Source: a virus
Length of the DNA: 64,000 nucleotides
Virus record (IMG/VR): IMGVR_UViG_3300021375_000011
Coordinates: 56,836 to 120,835 of that record
Direction: 5' to 3' (one strand)
Position numbers and translations under genes: made by a program. Below, in pieces: positions 58,749 to 64,000 of the stretch; positions within the stretch are counted from its first letter, which is position 1, and each line of letters opens with the position of its first letter. The notes under the pieces are model-generated. The model made no database searches, was not told the DNA's origin, and worked only from the letters and a program-made list of their open reading frames with translations.

Positions 58749-59415
58749 TTGCATATGCCTCAATATTAGGAAATATTTTTGCTATAGCATCAGCACAGGC
58801 ATGTGCGATATCCATGTGTTCTTGTTGAGTACCGTTAGCACCTCTTAGTTCAACATAGTGTATCCAACTACGTATTGTACCATTCATGTACAGTGTGGTC
58901 TTTGTGATACCTTCAGGCAATACTTTACGTGCTTGTTCTTTAGCAATGCCCTTTTTTATAGCCCAGTCGTATTCTTTTTTGGCTAGTACACCGATACGAC
59001 GTTGTGCCCGTTCCCATTCCAATTGGAGTTCTCCATCATCCGTTTTGATACTGTTTTGCCTGTTCTTTGGATCCTGTAGTCTGGCTTCTGAATATTCAAA
59101 CATGTCGCCTTGTTCATCAGGATTGGCGTATCGTTGCGAAAACTCTTGGAAACTAAAACTTCTATGTCGCACTATTTGATGTGCAATATCACGAGTGGTT
59201 TGAATTTCTAAACAAGCACTTGCCATTTCAAAGGGTGACCAATGTTTGTGTTTAACCAAATAGTTAAGCAACTTTTCGTGTGTGGCAGTGTTTATTTGAT
59301 GATTTGGATTGGAAACTTTTGCACAATAGGCAATTAAATCCTGTGTGCTTTTCAGTGGTTCGTCGTAGGTTTGAAACTCACTTGGCTTGCTGTATGATAC
59401 TAATCTTACTTTCAT
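58735..59415 (-). CDS. thyX: Flavin-dependent thymidylate synthase
   Basis: HWSPFE and RHRSFSFQEFSQRY signature. Confidence 0.96.
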   Translation of the reverse strand: MKVRLVSYSKPSEFQTYDEPLKSTQDLIAYCAKVSNPNHQINTATHEKLLNYLVKHKHWSPFEMASACLEIQTTRDIAHQIVRHRSFSFQEFSQRYANPDEQGDMFEYSEARLQDPKNRQNSIKTDDGELQLEWERAQRRIGVLAKKEYDWAIKKGIAKEQARKVLPEGITKTTLYMNGTIRSWIHYVELRGANGTQQEHMDIAHACADAIAKIFPNIEAYANGNS

Positions 59416-59717
59416 AGTTTTTCTAAATACCCTTTTGTTAACGGTTCTATACGATCAGCCACTGCATTTATGTCAACCACAAAGTCTAATTTCACGACTT
59501 CTTTGCCGTGTATGGTACCCATATTTTTGCTTACAACGACTTCAATATCTTCTATATCAAGACCCTGTTTTCTTAAGGTGCCGAGATTAATTGTACGTTG
59601 CTTTCCATCTGCAAGTTTGATTACAACTTTCTTAACAACATCAATAGGAATCATCTCTTGATCAATAGAGTCAATTACTTGTTTCCATTTATCAAGTTTT
59701 GTAAATGGTAGATTCAT
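59412..59717 (-). CDS. Hypothetical protein
   Basis: 101-aa ORF, ATGA-coupled to thyX. Confidence 0.65.
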   Translation of the reverse strand: MNLPFTKLDKWKQVIDSIDQEMIPIDVVKKVVIKLADGKQRTINLGTLRKQGLDIEDIEVVVSKNMGTIHGKEVVKLDFVVDINAVADRIEPLTKGYLEKL

Positions 59718-60485
59718 TTATGCTTTTGCTTTAGCTGGTCTTCCACGTTTCTTTTTCACAGGTGTTGCTGGTACACCCATCATTGTATTAGCTTCTGCCT
59801 GCATACGTTGTGATTCTGCTAACATACTTTGTGCTTCAGCAGCCATTCTGTCTGCTTGAGCTTTCATATTATTAGCAATTACATCATCAGTAAGTGCACC
59901 TGTTTGTGGTGCAGCCATTGCTTGCTCTTGTGCATATGTAGGTTGTGTCATTGCGGCACTTGCTGGATTTGTAACGCCTGCATTTTCATTTAATTGCTTG
60001 TTTGAAGTTGAATTTAAACTTCCTGGAGCAATATAGTTTGGACCGCCAACTTCTCTACCAAATTCATCACGTGGACGAACTTTACCAGTGTACCCACCTT
60101 CAGCATCAAGTGCTGCCATTTTCTTAATAGCATCCTCGCCTTGCTTCATTTCATTTAGTATCTTGTTTAATTCATCTAAACGTACATTTGATGTAGGTGT
60201 TGCAGTTACTACAACGTCTGAAGTTTTAAGTTTTTTAATCCAACGTTCCTGATGACATCTTTGTAGTATTGGTGTACCATCTGAAAATAGTTTACTGTGC
60301 AGTGCATCACCAAGTGATTCTGCTTGTTGGCACTCTACACTCTCAAGAGCTTTCATAAAATCACTTGAAAGTTGTGATTGCATGTTCATTGGGTACACAA
60401 CTAGACACATATGTCCTTCATCAGGTACTTCTCTAAATAAAATAGCAACCTTGCGATCACTGTGTTTTCCTAGGTGTTTAATCAT
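59718..60485 (-). CDS. Hypothetical protein with C-terminal AT-hook-like motif
   Basis: Start MIKHLGKH after GAAGGAG; coiled-coil-like region; ends KKKRGRPAKAKA. Confidence 0.7.
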   Translation of the reverse strand: MIKHLGKHSDRKVAILFREVPDEGHMCLVVYPMNMQSQLSSDFMKALESVECQQAESLGDALHSKLFSDGTPILQRCHQERWIKKLKTSDVVVTATPTSNVRLDELNKILNEMKQGEDAIKKMAALDAEGGYTGKVRPRDEFGREVGGPNYIAPGSLNSTSNKQLNENAGVTNPASAAMTQPTYAQEQAMAAPQTGALTDDVIANNMKAQADRMAAEAQSMLAESQRMQAEANTMMGVPATPVKKKRGRPAKAKA

Positions 60486-60732
60486 CTTTTGTTTCTCCTT
60501 CAGCAGTAGACGTCTCTTCTGCATCTTTTGGGGGTTGGTTGGCTACTAGCCATTTTGTTATCCTATTATATGTACTGCCTACAATTTCAAGTTCTTTCGC
60601 CTCAAATGCACCTTTTGCAGATCCAATTTCGATTATTGTTTTGCAATTTACAATATCTTGAATGCTTAGGGTAACAGCTTCTTCTTCTGCCTTTGGCATC
60701 GGAATTTCTTTGTTTTCTTCTGTCTCTGTCAT
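60478..60732 (-). CDS. Hypothetical protein
   Basis: 84 aa; LSIQDI...KGAFEAKELEIVG; ATAATTA 5 nt upstream of ATG. Confidence 0.7.
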   Translation of the reverse strand: MTETEENKEIPMPKAEEEAVTLSIQDIVNCKTIIEIGSAKGAFEAKELEIVGSTYNRITKWLVANQPPKDAEETSTAEGETKDD

Positions 60733-60757
60733 ACTTTTAATTATCCTAATGTGAGTT

Positions 60758-60776
60758 AACTACGTAGTTTATTTAC
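60758..60776. promoter_or_regulatory. Palindrome AACTACGTAGTT next to late-promoter-like boxes
   Basis: 12-bp palindrome at 60758-60769; 17 nt identical to 11073-11089; minus-strand GTAAATA upstream and ATAATTA downstream. Confidence 0.65.
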
Positions 60777-60800
60777 TGTTTTAGAGGTGTTTAGGTAAAA

Positions 60801-60992
60801 TTAGTAGTCTGGACGTTCCATAAAACATGCAGTTTCTGGATCGTTGTATTCTAATTCATACTGACAGGTTATATACCATTCACGCGAATTTGCCCAGTCT
60901 GGAGCATCAGTGCCGTCGTATATAGCAACTTCATCTAATGCACTAACGTCTGCGTCTGTTAATAGTCCATATTCTGGTTGATCATGAATCAT
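60801..60992 (-). CDS. Small acidic hypothetical protein
   Basis: Non-overlapping 3' part of ORF 60801-61103; start at 60992 or 60998. Confidence 0.5.
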   Translation of the reverse strand: MIHDQPEYGLLTDADVSALDEVAIYDGTDAPDWANSREWYITCQYELEYNDPETACFMERPDY

Positions 60993-62238
60993 CTTCATAT
61001 ATTGCCCATGTACCAAAGGGCGGATTAGGATTCTTATCGCCATGTATAATAAACACTGTATCACAGTAGTTAGGATCACCCCAACTATCATATGGATAAC
61101 CATCTGTAAACATTACTAGCCTTTTAGGATCAATTGCTTCTGCTTTTAGATAATCAAACACACAATCAAAGTCAGTACCGCCTCCACCTTTGATTTCATA
61201 CTCGTCAATCTCATCTATGTTGTCATCTGTGAACACCTGTACATTGTAAACTTCAGTATCAAAACAACAAATAGTAACACGGAACTGTCCATATTCTTCC
61301 ATAATGCCTTTGACTTCACTCATAAAGTCTCTGCCCTGTTCAGACCCAATTGAACCACTCATGTCCAATGCACAAAAGATATCAACATATTCATCATTGT
61401 CCATACCCGGAAGTATAGCATCCATGTGCCATCCTTTACGGTGCATACGTTTAAATGTATAGTCTGACTTGATAGTGCTTTGCATCTGCATACGTAGCAA
61501 GTCTCTCCAGTTCATCTTAGGCTCAGTAAGTTGTGCAACAATACGTTTAACACCTGCTGGTACATTGCCTGGATCTGATGCCTGTGCGGCACTAAGCATG
61601 GCTTCTTTTATTTCTTCTTTGATCTTTTCACGTTCTTCTTTGCTGAACTTTGCAGGTCCACTCTTGCCATCTTCGCCTTCGCCTTCACCTTCTTTACCAT
61701 CCAAGTGCTGATCAATCAACTGCTTAACAAGTTGATCCATATCAATCTTATCAGCATTTTCATAAAGGTCATCATATACTTCTTCTGAACTCCAACCTTC
61801 ATATTTTACGTCATACAAACACGGAACAGTTTTAATAAACTCACCTACTCTGTGCTTTTGTAGATCAGCATTAACACAATAGTCAGCAGCTATGTTATGC
61901 AACTGTGGATCTCTATCACCACGTCTGCCCATATGATCATATACACAGTGTAGCACTTCATGTCCAAAAAGAAATTCAACTTCTTTAGGACGTAGCATTT
62001 TAATAAACTTTGAATTGTAGTAAAAGTTTCTACCATCAGTTGCGGCAGTTGCACACCATTCATCAGCATTAACAAGTTTTAATCTAGTAGCAAGGTTACC
62101 AAAGAAACTAGCACGTAACAACATACCAACTCTTGCAGTGATCAATATTTCACGTACTTCTCTATCACGTGCAGGATCCATTGGACCTAGTATGTCCTTG
62201 AACTTGTCTGCAATATCCTTGTTTACTGTATCTGCCAT
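60982..62238 (-). CDS. DUF2201-type metallopeptidase-VWA domain protein
   Basis: TAATDG, HEVLH (HExxH), DMSGS (MIDAS), GGGGTDF, FTDG; AGGAG RBS. Confidence 0.88.
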   Translation of the reverse strand: MADTVNKDIADKFKDILGPMDPARDREVREILITARVGMLLRASFFGNLATRLKLVNADEWCATAATDGRNFYYNSKFIKMLRPKEVEFLFGHEVLHCVYDHMGRRGDRDPQLHNIAADYCVNADLQKHRVGEFIKTVPCLYDVKYEGWSSEEVYDDLYENADKIDMDQLVKQLIDQHLDGKEGEGEGEDGKSGPAKFSKEEREKIKEEIKEAMLSAAQASDPGNVPAGVKRIVAQLTEPKMNWRDLLRMQMQSTIKSDYTFKRMHRKGWHMDAILPGMDNDEYVDIFCALDMSGSIGSEQGRDFMSEVKGIMEEYGQFRVTICCFDTEVYNVQVFTDDNIDEIDEYEIKGGGGTDFDCVFDYLKAEAIDPKRLVMFTDGYPYDSWGDPNYCDTVFIIHGDKNPNPPFGTWAIYEDDS

Positions 62239-62268
62239 GTGCCACTCCTAATTTCTAACTGTATAAAC

Positions 62269-62296
62269 ATTATAACACATATATGAACTGTGTCAA
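62269..62296 (-). promoter_or_regulatory. Sigma70-type early promoter
   Basis: TTGACA (62296-62291), 16 nt, TATAAT (62274-62269) with extended -10 TG. Confidence 0.82.
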
Positions 62297-62373
62297 CCTT
62301 TTTTACAGAAAAGATAGCTGCCACCTAACCTCGCCCACTATCATGTGCAACACAGAACGTTGCACCCCGACTC

Positions 62374-62580
62374 TCAGTAACCCTCTCCTGAGACACAAGA
62401 AACTAATTTGCCATCAAGAGGCACTATTGTAATAGTAATGTTCCAATTTGCAGGTTCATTAAATTCTAAACTTTCTTCGCCACCACGGTCTGCTAATTCC
62501 TTAGTGCTATATACTCCTACTAATTCTCGATAGGAAGTGTTGGCACTGCATTTTTCAACCACATACATACTCTGTGTCAT
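62374..62580 (-). CDS. Small hypothetical protein
   Basis: 68 aa, ATGA-coupled; YVV...LVGVYSTKELA pattern. Confidence 0.6.
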   Translation of the reverse strand: MTQSMYVVEKCSANTSYRELVGVYSTKELADRGGEESLEFNEPANWNITITIVPLDGKLVSCVSGEGY

Positions 62581-62801
62581 CTTAGTCTTACCTTAAAACT
62601 TCCTCTGTTATATGGTTCTGTTTCATAACGTTTTACATGTTGACAAGCATCACACCAACTAGGAAATTCTTTTTGTATTGCACCGTGTCCAGTGATAACA
62701 CGTATTTCTTTTTCTTTGTCTAGCCATTTCTCATATGCAAATGCTATGAATACCTTCCATGCATCATGTATGGTTCGTCCATGTAAATCAATTGTTCTCA
62801 T
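62577..62801 (-). CDS. Stand-alone Smr-domain protein
   Basis: IDLHG, VITGHG, NRGS motifs in 74 aa. Confidence 0.85.
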   Translation of the reverse strand: MRTIDLHGRTIHDAWKVFIAFAYEKWLDKEKEIRVITGHGAIQKEFPSWCDACQHVKRYETEPYNRGSFKVRLR

Positions 62802-63147
62802 GTGGCCACTTTAGTTTAAAAAAACTTAATTCTTTTTCTGATTTTAAGTATACTCTTAGATTGTTGGTTCCATTTGTCCAACTCCACTGTCTATTAACAA
62901 AAGGAGGTGCGTCTGAATCAGGAACATTAAACTGTTGCCGTTTTTGTAGCATACCTCGTATCCACATAAAGTCACGTACTTCTGCACTATAGCCATAGGT
63001 TTCAATCAGCCAACCCATAACAGTGTGAAACTCCATTGGACCAAATTGATTGCGAGGAAAGTCAATACAATAATCAAAATAATTATTGTGTGCATAACGG
63101 CCATCTAATTGTTTAACAAAATATTTCATGCTAGTATTTAAGTCCAA
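62788..63147 (-). CDS. Hypothetical protein
   Basis: 119 aa; ends W.W...VYLKSEKELSFFKLKW. Confidence 0.65.
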   Translation of the reverse strand: MDLNTSMKYFVKQLDGRYAHNNYFDYCIDFPRNQFGPMEFHTVMGWLIETYGYSAEVRDFMWIRGMLQKRQQFNVPDSDAPPFVNRQWSWTNGTNNLRVYLKSEKELSFFKLKWPHENN

Positions 63148-63412
63148 ACATCACAGCGTCTGATTCTTCTTTAAAGTAGAATACAACATGCCATTCATTT
63201 ACTGCTACACCACGCCATTCTGGATCTTCCATCATTTGTTTTTGCCACTCATGATCAATCATCCAAGCCCAACGTTCACTGGGACGGCCAAAGTCTCGAT
63301 GAACACGTTTAAGTAGTTCAGTCCATTCTCTAGGATCATACGGTGTATAACGACGAAACACTTGAGTATAATTTCTCAAGTGCTTCTGTAGTATCGTGTC
63401 TATGTCATCCAT
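63131..63412 (-). CDS. Hypothetical protein (C-terminus resembles neighbour)
   Basis: Likely start MDDID at 63412; ends W.W...FYFKEESDAVMFGLKY. Confidence 0.6.
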   Translation of the reverse strand: MDDIDTILQKHLRNYTQVFRRYTPYDPREWTELLKRVHRDFGRPSERWAWMIDHEWQKQMMEDPEWRGVAVNEWHVVFYFKEESDAVMFGLKY

Positions 63413-63424
63413 AGCGCCTGTGAT

Positions 63425-63488
63425 TTGGTTGAGGGCCTGCATAGCCCTATGCTTTTCGATTTACAGTTAGAAAACGGCCCTCAACCAA
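63425..63488 (-). other. Intergenic inverted repeat forming a predicted three-way-junction structure
   Basis: 13-bp perfect arms TTGGTTGAGGGCC / GGCCCTCAACCAA enclosing GCATA-4-TATGC and TTTTC-12-GAAAA hairpins. Confidence 0.7.
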
Positions 63489-63492
63489 TGCC

Positions 63493-64000
63493 TTACCCTT
63501 GACTTGCAAGGATATATTTTCCATAACGTTGATGAAACTCATCAAAGTTTTTAAGTTTAGTAGGTTGAAACGGAATAGCATATGTTGTCAATGCAATCCT
63601 TGCACCCATAACAACCAATTCAGTTTCAAAGTTATCCATCATAAACCTAAAGAAGTTATCACTCATCTTGTGAAACTCAGCATCTTTAACAGTTGCTAAT
63701 GCTTCTTTAAGTTCATAGCACATACTAATAGTAAGTGAATACATTGCACTAACTTCTTGTACATCTAGTTTGCTTACCTTACCAGCAAGTACATCAGTTG
63801 GATTAGGAAGTTTACCAGCAATCTTTCTGTGTGCTTGAAACTTTACTGCTAAGCCTTCGCCTACAGTACCTGCAATAAGATCAGTTGCAGTAGTATCACT
63901 CATGTCTTCTTCAATAAGCTCACTTACAAAACTCCATGATCTCGGAGTAGCAAAAGCTCTTGAAGCACTCTTAGCATCAAAGTCATACAAGTCCTGCTTG
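63493..64000 (-). CDS. MoxR-type AAA+ ATPase, C-terminal part (5' end outside window)
   Basis: FATPRSW motif; frame open to the window edge; usual partner of DUF2201-VWA proteins. Confidence 0.72.
   Translation of the reverse strand, partial: KQDLYDFDAKSASRAFATPRSWSFVSELIEEDMSDTTATDLIAGTVGEGLAVKFQAHRKIAGKLPNPTDVLAGKVSKLDVQEVSAMYSLTISMCYELKEALATVKDAEFHKMSDNFFRFMMDNFETELVVMGARIALTTYAIPFQPTKLKNFDEFHQRYGKYILASQG

Noticed and set aside
63413-63442. Upstream start (MQALNQ) for ORF 63131-63442
   Set aside because: The ATG lies inside the inverted-repeat structure; 63412 is more plausible.
461-63699. The many 60-200-aa ORF-track entries nested in or antisense to long genes
   Set aside because: They lie within well-supported genes, lack motifs and read as shadow frames.
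1-64000. Stop-codon recoding (TAG or TGA)
   Set aside because: ORFs up to 13.6 kb are intact in the standard code, and TAG, TGA and TAA all end genes at tight gene junctions.
1-64000. CRISPR array, tRNA, rRNA, integrase, transposase or reverse transcriptase/DGR
   Set aside because: None recognised by eye; intergenic gaps are short. A dedicated scan was not possible.

Overview
A 64-kb, AT-rich, densely coded segment of a large T4-superfamily-like myophage genome (standard genetic code; no rRNA, tRNA or CRISPR array seen). Left to right: (i) minus-strand gp46/gp47-like nuclease genes and a gp55-like late sigma factor; (ii) a divergent plus-strand baseplate/tail module (2.9-31.2 kb) with gp53-, gp5-, gp25- and gp6-like genes, a 4531-aa structural protein and tail-fibre-type genes, ending in an intrinsic terminator; (iii) a ~27-kb biosynthetic/modification island (31.3-58.7 kb) with six glycosyltransferase-like genes, seven radical-SAM enzymes (six with an N-terminal Cys-rich twitch-like domain, one B12-type), MetK, MTA/SAH nucleosidase, a SufT-like protein, a methyltransferase, a carbamoyltransferase, an amidinotransferase, a PP-loop ligase-like protein, a DegT aminotransferase and an NDP-sugar epimerase, plus two paralogous basic peptides missed by the ORF track; (iv) minus-strand thyX, small genes, a VWA/metallopeptidase, a stand-alone Smr protein and a truncated MoxR-type AAA ATPase. 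Non-coding signals include sigma70-type promoters, T4-like late boxes often only 4-5 nt before an ATG, a recurring AACTACGTAGTT palindrome, and a three-way-junction element complementary to an early-gene leader. All product calls come from visual motif recognition, not database searches.
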